A stretch of 64,000 nucleotides of DNA from Candidatus Heimdallarchaeota archaeon (lineage in GTDB: Archaea; Asgardarchaeota; Heimdallarchaeia; Heimdallarchaeales; Heimdallarchaeaceae). The translations under genes were made by a program, and so were the position numbers. This document shows, piece by piece, positions 30,785-40,532 of this stretch (within the stretch, counting starts at the first letter, position 1; the number at the start of each line of letters is the position of its first letter). The notes under the pieces are model-generated. The model saw nothing but the letters and a program-made list of their open reading frames with translations, was not told the DNA's origin and ran no database searches. Location of the stretch: positions 1-64,000 of the forward strand of contig JAUVXV010000013.1 of the NCBI GenBank assembly GCA_030603365.1, read 5' to 3'.

Positions 30785-33781
30785 ATGTCACAAGAAGGAA
30801 AATCTGGTAGATCTAGGCAGTTAAAGGGCGGTGTAAAGCTAAAAACTAAACCTGCTGTTGTTCCTAAAAGAAGAAAAATGAAATCAAGTGCAGAAAAGAT
30901 GCCAATGGCTGCTATGATGCCCAAAGGTATCACCAAATGGAATATTATCTTCACAGTTATTTTTGGAGCTCTTCTGATTCTAACCATTGTCAACAGTTAT
31001 TTCTACACATTTTTAAGAATCCCACTTCCAGATATTTTACTTCAATTTGTTGAACCCGCAATTATAATTATAGAAGTTTTTATGGTTTTAGTAGCTTTTG
31101 AAGCAAAAACTTTCAAATTCCCAAAAATTCATACACGACACAGTGTAAAAAGAATCTTGATTACAGGATTTATTATTGGTACATTATTAGTCTCCTTCTT
31201 TACTCCTTATGTTAATCTGATTGGAAAATACCGAGACTTACCTCCTGGGTCAATTGAGGAAATGGACGTGAACGATAGTTGGTTTGAATCACTCTTTACT
31301 GGTTCAGCTCCTTTCTATATTGATGGTTTACTAGATTTACTTGATGCTTTAGATTTGAATGATTCATTGAGTGATATTGATATTGCCCAAATTACTGCTG
31401 AATCCGGTTCTTCACTCGGGGAATTTCTATATCGGTGGGACGTACGAGATACGTATCAATCTAATACATGGGAGTTTATTGAATCGAGCCCAAGTACCAG
31501 GTATAATCTGCAACCAGAAAATTATGGGCCCCCTCTACCAGATCCAAATATTACAGTAGAGGAATTCAAAGTAAATCAAACTGTTTATTCCATAACAACT
31601 GGTCTCCTAATGAACCTGATATCTTCATGGAGCAATAATTATAACGAACCATTCTTGCAACCAGATGATTTTGGTATTATAGGTGATTGGGATGATAATC
31701 TCTTGGATGATGATTTTGTTGTATCAGCTGAAGATGGAACAACAAATGTAAAGTACAATTTACGTGATATGCTGTCACTTCAAGCTACTACAAAAGTAAT
31801 GGGATTCTTAGGGTCTTTCTATTATGATACTTATTTTGTTAGAGATGAGAATATCTCTGAGATTGTTTCTAGTACAGGTCAATTTGGTGATACACCATAT
31901 GTTAGCAGTGCATTTAATACAACTAATGCTCGGTTCCTACAGAAACCAGCAAACTATGAGATAATATCGCCAAACGTTGCATCTTTTGCACAAACTCAAG
32001 CTAATCTTGGATTAACTAATGGTCATGATTATTACCAACAAATAACCTATATCTTGGAAAACATAATTGGTACTTTTGGTCCACCTTTAACAGCTGATTC
32101 TGATAATGGAGGACAAGATAGAGCTGAACTTGTAGTGCAAGGTTCTGATAGATCGCTATCAGGATATCTCGCCTTAGCTATAATGACTTTGAGATTAAAC
32201 AATATTCCTTGCAGACCAGTATTTGGTTTTGCTATCGGTAATGAAATCGGTGGTGACCCAAACGATCGAATGCTTGAATTAGACAACTTTTATGCTTGGA
32301 TTGAAGCTCTAATACCCATTGATTTAGGAGGAGGTAAAATTGTTTATAAATGGGGACAATTCCAAATGGGACCCTATTATGATGGGGTAGATTTAATCTA
32401 TTGTGAAAATACTCTTTACTCTTCATATGATATTGATTTATACATATTAAACGAACCTCCTCTATACTTCCCAGTTTCTAGTCAGTTGGCTGGAGGAGAA
32501 CTAGTTTATGTTACTGATTATGCAACCAATTATACCTTTAGGGCAGTAGTATCAGATGTAAACGGTCCAGTGGATGGAGCTACTGTTACATTCAAAACAC
32601 TTACCCTTGAAGATTATTACGCTTACCAAGCTAATCCTATTTTATTATTAACTTCCGCTCGGGATGTAGGGACGGCAGCAACGGTGGGAGGAGTGGCAGA
32701 ATTATACACGGAATTAGATCCCATTGCCTATCCGATGTATGTGCCAAATGACAATTCGACGGTTTTTGCACTCTTAGGATATGTAACGTTCTTATCGATG
32801 AATGCGACGGGATTCATAGTTGCACCTGATGGATATCTGACGAATGTCTATATTGATACAAACAAACAATTAATGGTGAATCCTTATCCGCCACCTATAG
32901 GGATAGCAGATTTTTATATCCTCCAAAGAGGTGTAAATTATACTATATCTACAAATTTGTATGGTGAAATAACACATACCACACCTTTACCCAATAGGCT
33001 GGTAACATACTACATTTTAGATGACCCACAGCTGCAATTAATAATTGCAGACCCATTGAACCTGTTAAGTATCACTCCATATGGTGAGGCTCTAGCTTTT
33101 ACTAATAGTACGGGTGGATCAGCTGTAGCTACTTTATCAACAGGTTTCAATTTCTTTGAAAATTGTTCAGTATCTACGACCTACTATGTTGTTGCTCGAT
33201 ATGGACAAAATTATACGATTACAATATTAATCTATGAAGACAGTAAGAAATCAACTATTGATATAAGTGATGATTTCTTCAACAAGGATACAGAAGGAGA
33301 TACCTTTACAACAGATGTAGATTTCTATTTATATCTAGAACCTTCAGGTGGAACACCAGAACCAATAACCAATGAGGGTATTGATATCTGGTTTGTTGCT
33401 CAAGATGTATATAACGCTGCAACCAAGACAAGTAGATCAGCTCTAGAAAGCGATTTAACTGCTAGTCCTTTTGCTGTATTAGAAGAGAGTGCATTAACTG
33501 ATGGTGGCGGTATTTACAACACAACTCTAGTAGTTGACGTCTCTACTTTCTATGCAGGAATTTATTATGTAGTAATTTTCTATCTTGACACTTGGAATAT
33601 ATCAGCAGAAATTGTAATTGCAGATGTACCTCTCTCCCCTGTATTTGGTATGGATGGTCTTGAAAACAGTCTACCATCAGTTGAGCTAGGTGTAAATCGC
33701 GTTTTAGAATTATCGTCGCTATCAGAAAATTATCTTCTTTCTTCTCGAATGAAAATGATGCTTAGTGAGGTCTTAAAATGA
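30785..33781 (+). CDS. Large membrane-anchored protein with a catalytically dead transglutaminase-like domain (module 2 head)
   Basis: Three N-terminal TM helices. YLALAIMTLRLNNIPCRPVFGF / YAWIEA / WGQFQ follow the transglutaminase core pattern, and the C-terminal region is beta-rich. Confidence 0.72.
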   Translation: MSQEGKSGRSRQLKGGVKLKTKPAVVPKRRKMKSSAEKMPMAAMMPKGITKWNIIFTVIFGALLILTIVNSYFYTFLRIPLPDILLQFVEPAIIIIEVFMVLVAFEAKTFKFPKIHTRHSVKRILITGFIIGTLLVSFFTPYVNLIGKYRDLPPGSIEEMDVNDSWFESLFTGSAPFYIDGLLDLLDALDLNDSLSDIDIAQITAESGSSLGEFLYRWDVRDTYQSNTWEFIESSPSTRYNLQPENYGPPLPDPNITVEEFKVNQTVYSITTGLLMNLISSWSNNYNEPFLQPDDFGIIGDWDDNLLDDDFVVSAEDGTTNVKYNLRDMLSLQATTKVMGFLGSFYYDTYFVRDENISEIVSSTGQFGDTPYVSSAFNTTNARFLQKPANYEIISPNVASFAQTQANLGLTNGHDYYQQITYILENIIGTFGPPLTADSDNGGQDRAELVVQGSDRSLSGYLALAIMTLRLNNIPCRPVFGFAIGNEIGGDPNDRMLELDNFYAWIEALIPIDLGGGKIVYKWGQFQMGPYYDGVDLIYCENTLYSSYDIDLYILNEPPLYFPVSSQLAGGELVYVTDYATNYTFRAVVSDVNGPVDGATVTFKTLTLEDYYAYQANPILLLTSARDVGTAATVGGVAELYTELDPIAYPMYVPNDNSTVFALLGYVTFLSMNATGFIVAPDGYLTNVYIDTNKQLMVNPYPPPIGIADFYILQRGVNYTISTNLYGEITHTTPLPNRLVTYYILDDPQLQLIIADPLNLLSITPYGEALAFTNSTGGSAVATLSTGFNFFENCSVSTTYYVVARYGQNYTITILIYEDSKKSTIDISDDFFNKDTEGDTFTTDVDFYLYLEPSGGTPEPITNEGIDIWFVAQDVYNAATKTSRSALESDLTASPFAVLEESALTDGGGIYNTTLVVDVSTFYAGIYYVVIFYLDTWNISAEIVIADVPLSPVFGMDGLENSLPSVELGVNRVLELSSLSENYLLSSRMKMMLSEVLK

Positions 33782-36700
33782 AGAAAAAGCAGTTATCAAT
33801 GTTGTACTCTGTCTTCATTTTCTTATTTTTGTTAACTAGTAATTATGCACAAATTGCAGTAGATGCAAATATAAAACAAAACCAAGATAGAAGTTTAGTA
33901 ATTAGTGGCTCCCAAAACCCAATGTCTGCACCTGACTATATAATAGAAATGCTGAACAACAGACAAAACTTCGAGTCAATGGAAGAATCTGATACTGTAT
34001 CAACTATTTCAGATTTAGAAACATCATCGTTAGATCCAATGAATCCTGTGTTTGAGGAATTGGAAATAACTATTCACGAAGATGAAGATTATTCTCTTGA
34101 ATCAGATTTAGGTGGAACTCATGAATTAATCCCACCTATCCCAGATAATAAGATTAAGCGAGGTGCCACTGTAACTGTTACAGGAAGATTATGGGGAGGT
34201 ATAACTGGGAGATATTGGGATAATGAAATGGTTTATCTTTATTACAGTATCACAGAAGCAGAATATGAGGGCAATCAAGCTTTTTATTTTGGAAATGGTC
34301 AATATGAAGTAAGTTCAGATTTGACTGATATTGATGGTATATTCAGCATTGATTTGGTAACATCTATATTAAGCTCTAGTGATTTCTCGAAAGTAGGTGA
34401 TATAAATCTTTTAACTTGGTTTAATGGTTCTTCAGCTGAAAGATTGGCCGGAAGTCCAGGAGCAAAAAATGTCACTTTCTTTGGACAAATGGATATCAAC
34501 AATATAGCTTCAGTTACAAACCCAAGTAATCCTTATTCTTTTACAACTAGCATTGTTTTTGAAAATGGAACAACTGTAAAAACATTCGGAACTAATTATG
34601 ACCTAGTTGTTGATTGGTCAGTTTCAAATGGTTTTGATCATAGCAGCACAAATGCTTTTACTGTATCACATCAGCATTCTTATGGTACAACTGCACCTGG
34701 TCCTGCGGAAGAAACGGTTTATTATTCTGCTTCATACAACATTGCGCAACTAGGAATAAACTTCTTTATAGAAAATTCAACAGGATTTATTGTAACAATT
34801 GAAGATTACACGATTAATACAGTTAATGTTCCATATACTACAGAAGAATCTCTAGTGGTTGATGCATATTTTGATTTTACTGGTACATATCTAAAAGGAC
34901 CTCAAGAGATTCAGATGGGTTCAACAATTGATTTCTATGCTAATTTATCATTCTCAGGTGGTTTGGTTAATGGTAGTGACATTGATATCTATATTCTATA
35001 TGGTACCACACCAACATATAGCCATTCTAATACAACAGTTGCTGGAGCGATTTCATTCAGTTTATATTTTGATCCAACAGTATATACAGATATCACACAA
35101 GGAATCTCAATTCAATTTAGATTTTATGAAAGCACTTACTATCCGGCCCGATTCCTCAATGATAGCCTAAGTACTATCCTAGCTGTAGATATAAGTACTG
35201 TTACTCTTACTTTAGATGATTCTTCTATTTTCTATACTACCAGTATGTCCCTAGGTTTCAATGTTGAGGTTAGAGATGTTAATAACAATCTAGCACGATT
35301 ATCTAGATTCCAGTTGATTTTTCCAGGAATAGGAACTGAAGAGATTGTCACTGCAACTGGATCAGAAGATGTTTCTAAAATTGTTCCATCTTATGTTATT
35401 TTGAATGATTTTGAAACAATTATAATTACAGCATTGTTTGAAGATGGGGGACACTACAAATATTATGTCCCAGGTAGTCCTTCAGACAGCGACTCATTTG
35501 ATATTTATCATTCTCTTACACTAATATTATATTATCCTAATGCAACGGTTGTATCGACTGCATCAACAAATGAATGGAATCAAACCTATTGGCCTCAATT
35601 TTCTGCAGGATATTATGAATTGACAGCTGTTGATCAATCTGGAAGAAACCCAATTGGTGCAGAAATATCTATTTCCTTTGCAGGAAGCACAATGAATGCT
35701 TATATTACTGTAGGAGTAAACTATGTCAGATGGGGATCTGCAAGTTTGGTTAATGCCTCATTTGAAACTTGGGAGGCATATGTTGGTGATTTGATAGCTA
35801 CTGGAGGATCTATGCCAACTCCACCTTCAATTATTTTATCTGTCAATGTCTTTGGTCCAGATAATGCATTTCCAACAATCGATGATATTATATTGACACC
35901 TGATCCATTTATACTGATTCCTCATGATCCTTATTACAATATTACAGTAACAGTAATTGCGAGTGATATAGGAACTGGAGTAAGAACAGTAAACCTTACG
36001 TATGGTGTTTTTGATTTTACAGACACACTAGTTTATTGGGATATCCTTATAATGTCAAATATTGGTCCTAACACATATCAAGCAAACATAACAACCTTTC
36101 TTATCCATGATCAGTATTTAGTTCGCTTTGCACTTGAAGTCAATGATTATAATGGTTATGGAATAAATGCTGTTGGTGGTCTACAGACGAACCCAATATT
36201 TTGGTATGACCAATGGGCTGCAAATTACTATCTATTTCCATTGGTTCCAGAATTTAGAGTAGGAGATGTTTATGGTCCTGTTGAAGATTCACCACCTTTA
36301 TTCAATCCTTCATCAGATCCTTTGGATCCTTCTGTTGATATTACTGTATATATGAATGATAGTATTGTTTATTCTGGAATGAATGATGTAATAATCGCTG
36401 TTCATAGAAACAACACAATAACAGGAGTGCTAGAATTATTCTTCGTAAATAATGAGTCAATGACGAATATACTTGGTACTAACCAATGGACTTATGCTTT
36501 GGATATGGATTATAATTATGAATATTGGGTGTTTTACTTAGGATTCGATACAGCGAGTCCAGGTAATAACCCAACGCCAACTGGATTTTATGGTCCTGTT
36601 TATCTTCAAGCTATAGATAGTACAGCACCAAGTATAAGCGCAATTACACCGATATATAATGGAACCATTGCTTCACCTGATACTGTTATTACATATAATG

Positions 36701-37446
36701 TGACTATTTCTGATACTCAAACTAACATATCCTCTGTTGTTCTCAGTATAGATATCACATTGGGTGAAACAGTTTATGTTGAAGATTATACGATAATAAT
36801 GACAAGGGTTGGAACTTCAGACGTGTTCACAGCTCAACTTGATCTTAGCGATTTTGCTCTGACAAGATCAGGAACATATGCCCTCTTATACTCTGTTACT
36901 GCAACGGACGAGGTAGGAAACTTTGATACAATTTCAGCTTCAATGGGAATTCTCAATGAAGCAGGTGGATTAGGTATAAGTAATTTGGGTGCCATTATTG
37001 GTGGAGTGGTAGGTGGAATTGTTGTTCTTCTAGCAGGTTTGTTCTTGTGGTTTAATAGGCACACTATCCAGACTTATACTAAGAAACAAACATTCAAACG
37101 AAGATTACGAGATTATCTTAGAGAGATTATTGAGGACATCAAAAAGGATGGTTTAGAAGGGAGATACAAAGAAGGTATACTAAAAAGTTGGAGTGTTGTG
37201 GAGGGAATAGGTAGAGAATTCTTCAATCTGCCAAGATATAGGAGTCAAACTCCTACAGAATTTGGAAGATTATTAACATATAGAGGAAAGATTGAGAGCG
37301 AACTCATCAATACTCTATTGCTTTATTTCGAAAAAGCACGTTATGGCCATGAAGAAATCACAGAGAAAGATTTCAACGCAGGTATTCGTGCTTTACTAAA
37401 ACTAGTCGATAAAATAGAAGTAGGTGAAATGAAAATTGAGTCATAG
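33778..37446 (+). CDS. 1222-aa surface protein: signal peptide, Ig-like repeats, TM helix, cytoplasmic DUF4129-like domain
   Basis: DxxAPxI...V.A.D Ig-like repeats, TM IIGGVVGGIVVLLAGLFLWF, and QTPTEF...FEKARYG. Confidence 0.8.
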   Translation: MKKKQLSMLYSVFIFLFLLTSNYAQIAVDANIKQNQDRSLVISGSQNPMSAPDYIIEMLNNRQNFESMEESDTVSTISDLETSSLDPMNPVFEELEITIHEDEDYSLESDLGGTHELIPPIPDNKIKRGATVTVTGRLWGGITGRYWDNEMVYLYYSITEAEYEGNQAFYFGNGQYEVSSDLTDIDGIFSIDLVTSILSSSDFSKVGDINLLTWFNGSSAERLAGSPGAKNVTFFGQMDINNIASVTNPSNPYSFTTSIVFENGTTVKTFGTNYDLVVDWSVSNGFDHSSTNAFTVSHQHSYGTTAPGPAEETVYYSASYNIAQLGINFFIENSTGFIVTIEDYTINTVNVPYTTEESLVVDAYFDFTGTYLKGPQEIQMGSTIDFYANLSFSGGLVNGSDIDIYILYGTTPTYSHSNTTVAGAISFSLYFDPTVYTDITQGISIQFRFYESTYYPARFLNDSLSTILAVDISTVTLTLDDSSIFYTTSMSLGFNVEVRDVNNNLARLSRFQLIFPGIGTEEIVTATGSEDVSKIVPSYVILNDFETIIITALFEDGGHYKYYVPGSPSDSDSFDIYHSLTLILYYPNATVVSTASTNEWNQTYWPQFSAGYYELTAVDQSGRNPIGAEISISFAGSTMNAYITVGVNYVRWGSASLVNASFETWEAYVGDLIATGGSMPTPPSIILSVNVFGPDNAFPTIDDIILTPDPFILIPHDPYYNITVTVIASDIGTGVRTVNLTYGVFDFTDTLVYWDILIMSNIGPNTYQANITTFLIHDQYLVRFALEVNDYNGYGINAVGGLQTNPIFWYDQWAANYYLFPLVPEFRVGDVYGPVEDSPPLFNPSSDPLDPSVDITVYMNDSIVYSGMNDVIIAVHRNNTITGVLELFFVNNESMTNILGTNQWTYALDMDYNYEYWVFYLGFDTASPGNNPTPTGFYGPVYLQAIDSTAPSISAITPIYNGTIASPDTVITYNVTISDTQTNISSVVLSIDITLGETVYVEDYTIIMTRVGTSDVFTAQLDLSDFALTRSGTYALLYSVTATDEVGNFDTISASMGILNEAGGLGISNLGAIIGGVVGGIVVLLAGLFLWFNRHTIQTYTKKQTFKRRLRDYLREIIEDIKKDGLEGRYKEGILKSWSVVEGIGREFFNLPRYRSQTPTEFGRLLTYRGKIESELINTLLLYFEKARYGHEEITEKDFNAGIRALLKLVDKIEVGEMKIES

Positions 37447-37879
37447 TGGATTCTTTGGATTCTTTAAGAAACGGAAACAAGTAAAAGCTTTGAACCAGAT
37501 GTTCACATCAGTTATGGCTGATGTTAGAATTTTCGAGCAAAGGCAAGATTACAAAGGAGCAGTAATAGCTTCTTTTGGCGGTTTAACAAACATTGCTGGT
37601 GGTCTTCTTGAATTAGCTCGTGCTCCTTACCAAACAGGTAGAGAATTTGGTTTCCAAGTGGCTGACAAAGCAAACATATCAAGTGAAGTTATGGATGAAT
37701 ATCTTACTTCATTTGAGATTGCTAGATATACAGATGCTGAGATAACTTACGACGATTATCAAGAAGCAGTTCAGAGATTAGATATCTGTTTCAGAGGTAT
37801 AAGAGAACAGGGTGTAGAAGTAGTTGAGCCAGCAAGAACCCAAACAAAGGCAAGGAAGAAGATTAAGAGAAAGGATTAG
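37436..37879 (+). CDS. Stand-alone DUF4129-like protein (module 2)
   Basis: YQTGREF...FEIARY; overlaps the upstream stop codon. Confidence 0.72.
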   Translation: MSHSGFFGFFKKRKQVKALNQMFTSVMADVRIFEQRQDYKGAVIASFGGLTNIAGGLLELARAPYQTGREFGFQVADKANISSEVMDEYLTSFEIARYTDAEITYDDYQEAVQRLDICFRGIREQGVEVVEPARTQTKARKKIKRKD

Positions 37880-39485
37880 AGGAATAAATCTCAACTTCAC
37901 TAAATATACTATAGTGATGTCTATCCTCTTCTTGATTGTAGTGGTACCTATATTATTAGGGATAGTAGGTCTAGGTCGAGCTGGTATGAAATTCAGTATT
38001 TATAATGATAATTGGGATGGTCTATCAAGTTTACGAGTATCACTTCAAAGTGAAGGTTATACCAACATAACTAATGGAATGTCGTCTTTGTCATTACTAA
38101 ATCGAGTGTATGAACCAGGTGTTCTTGTTATAATGGGTCCAGCTACCCAATATTCAACAACAGATACTATATCATTGATAACGTTCTTAGCAAGAGGAGG
38201 TAGTCTGTTAGTTGCGGATGATTATGGAACGGGAGCTGAAATCTTTGAACCATTATTCAATATCTTAAATACGTGGGAAGAAGTAGCAGCTCTAGCTGGC
38301 TTGGCTTCATTAACAGACTTGTTTGGATTTGGTGCAAATGAATCTGAAGGACTAACCGAAGAAGCACTGATGTTTGAAATGTTAGGGATGCTCAGAGGTT
38401 TTGCATTTAATGGTTCGGTTCTAATGGACGCGGGTAGTTATACAACTAATCCAGCACAACCTGTTTTGATAAATATGGAACCTTCAAATCCATTAACCGC
38501 AGGTGTCACTAGACTTCAGATGGAATTTGGTACTGTGTTAAGCATCGCAATTCATCATCCATTATATATAGATAGTGGAGGGACTGAAACAGTTAAAACA
38601 TACCAAACAGATTGGATGCCTTTACAAGCAGTTACTTTGGAATTATTTGGTATGGAAATAGAGAATCAATTCCTTCCATTCTTACCATTTTACACAACTA
38701 CATCAGCTTGGTTAGAATCTGATTTTCAATCAGCAAAAGAAGGAACTGCCACACCAGATGTGGAAGAATGGGGGGGAGTAATGTTTTCTCCAATCATGAC
38801 TCTACCTATTGGCTCAGGTAAGATTGTAATGATAGGAGATCCTGATATATTCATCAATAAATGGATAGATCAAACTACAGAAAATGATAATTTACAATTT
38901 AGTTTAAATCTTTTTAATTATCTTACCGAAGATTTAAACGTAACATATAATCCCAGATCAGCACAAATTATTTTTGATGAGGGTCATACTCATCAGAAAT
39001 TCTACAGTGCTTCTGTTTACTCAATGACCATAATGAGATTTCTGACAGAAATGTCAATGTTTCCATTATATTCTCCGTTTATCCCAATAATTTTTGCAGT
39101 CTTGGGATATAAACTAATTCCTAAAAAATCAAGACTTTCTCCTGTTCTTTGGACAAAATATAGAGGAGAAAAAGGTAAGTCTAGGTTTGAAAGAGAAATA
39201 CGAAGAATCACGGAAACGGGAGCATATAGTGAGGCAGTGGGGTTGTTATATCGAACCTTAGTTAGAGGTTTAAGAAAGGTGTCAAAACAATCGATGTCGA
39301 CACCAGAAGAAATTGCAGGATTCTTCTCAGAAAGAGATACTTCTATGAGGTATAAAGATCTGCATGAAACTTTAGTTAGAATAGATAATTATCTGGCAAA
39401 ACCAAAGATTCTGCCTGAGCATCTGTTCATGAAATATATGGCATTCATTAAGGGGTTAATTGATAGATTACCCAAAATTAAGTAA
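37824..39485 (+). CDS. DUF4350/GldG-like membrane protein (module 2); start uncertain
   Basis: FSIYNDNWDGLS, FLARGGSLLVADD, GSGKIVMIGDPDIFIN and IFDEGH, followed by a TM helix and a cytoplasmic helical domain. Confidence 0.78.
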   Translation: MSQQEPKQRQGRRLRERIRGINLNFTKYTIVMSILFLIVVVPILLGIVGLGRAGMKFSIYNDNWDGLSSLRVSLQSEGYTNITNGMSSLSLLNRVYEPGVLVIMGPATQYSTTDTISLITFLARGGSLLVADDYGTGAEIFEPLFNILNTWEEVAALAGLASLTDLFGFGANESEGLTEEALMFEMLGMLRGFAFNGSVLMDAGSYTTNPAQPVLINMEPSNPLTAGVTRLQMEFGTVLSIAIHHPLYIDSGGTETVKTYQTDWMPLQAVTLELFGMEIENQFLPFLPFYTTTSAWLESDFQSAKEGTATPDVEEWGGVMFSPIMTLPIGSGKIVMIGDPDIFINKWIDQTTENDNLQFSLNLFNYLTEDLNVTYNPRSAQIIFDEGHTHQKFYSASVYSMTIMRFLTEMSMFPLYSPFIPIIFAVLGYKLIPKKSRLSPVLWTKYRGEKGKSRFEREIRRITETGAYSEAVGLLYRTLVRGLRKVSKQSMSTPEEIAGFFSERDTSMRYKDLHETLVRIDNYLAKPKILPEHLFMKYMAFIKGLIDRLPKIK

Positions 39486-39503
39486 AGGAAAAAGTGAAAA
39501 AAA

Positions 39504-40505
39504 ATGAGTGAAGAAAAAAGTGAAGAAGTGAAAGGAAAAGCAAAAACAACTACTGAGGCAGTTGTTACTCCTAAAGATGTTAAGAGAGTATGGGATGAAA
39601 TCTACAGCGAACTAAGCAGAGTCATCATTGGCAAATTGGACGTTCTTGAAGATATGTTCATCTCATTATTAGCAGGAGGACATTGTCTTTTAGAAGGTGT
39701 TCCAGGTATTGCTAAAACTGTTATGGCGAAGACTTTTGCAATGACTCTAGGATGTGAGTTTAAACGTGTGCAATTTACACCAGATCTTCTGCCATCAGAT
39801 ATTGTAGGTACTACCATTTATGATCCTAAAGCAGGAACATTCAAAATGAGAAAAGGGCCTATCTTTACCAATATCCTTCTAGCAGACGAAATTAACAGAA
39901 GTCCTCCAAAAACACAAGCAGCGCTCTTGGAAGCAATGGGAGAAAAACAAGTTACAGTTGAAGGTACAACTTTCAAGCTTGAAGATCCATTCTTGGTCAT
40001 CGCGACTCAGAACCCCATTGAGCAAGAAGGAACATATCCGTTACCAGAAGCTCAGGTTGACAGGTTCATGTTTAAGCTCTTAGTTGGTCTTCCTTCTCCA
40101 GAAGAAGAAATGGACATTATCAAGCTTAAGCACAAACAAGTCAGACAAACTGTTAGAAGAGTTACAACTCCTATGACTATTGTCAAGATGAAAGAGACTG
40201 TTGAATCCAAAATATATTTACATGAAGATTTGATGGTGTATATCAAAGATTTAGTAGTATCGACAAGAACAGATCCCAGATTAATGCTTGGTGGAAGTCC
40301 CAGATGCAGTATTGCTTTATTGAATGCTTCTAAATCTGTTGCTGCAATGAGAGGTAGAGATTATGTTATCCCAGATGATATTAAGAGGATAGCAAGAGTA
40401 GCTACTGCTCATAGATTGCAAATGAAACCAGAAGCAGAACTTGAAGGAACCACTGGTACAATGGTTGTCAATGAGATATTGAGAAACTTACCAGTACCTG
40501 TGTAG
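39504..40505 (+). CDS. moxR: MoxR-family AAA+ ATPase (module 2)
   Basis: GHCLLEGVPGIAKT, RVQFTPDLLPSD, LADEINR, ATQNPIEQEGTYPLPEAQVDRF and GGSPR. Confidence 0.96.
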   Translation: MSEEKSEEVKGKAKTTTEAVVTPKDVKRVWDEIYSELSRVIIGKLDVLEDMFISLLAGGHCLLEGVPGIAKTVMAKTFAMTLGCEFKRVQFTPDLLPSDIVGTTIYDPKAGTFKMRKGPIFTNILLADEINRSPPKTQAALLEAMGEKQVTVEGTTFKLEDPFLVIATQNPIEQEGTYPLPEAQVDRFMFKLLVGLPSPEEEMDIIKLKHKQVRQTVRRVTTPMTIVKMKETVESKIYLHEDLMVYIKDLVVSTRTDPRLMLGGSPRCSIALLNASKSVAAMRGRDYVIPDDIKRIARVATAHRLQMKPEAELEGTTGTMVVNEILRNLPVPV

Positions 40506-40532
40506 TATAACAGTGGAAATAGGTGGAAAATA

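Noticed and set aside
32655-32900. Diversity-generating retroelement target
   Set aside because: No reverse transcriptase or template/variable repeat pair is present in the window, and the skew is at synonymous positions.
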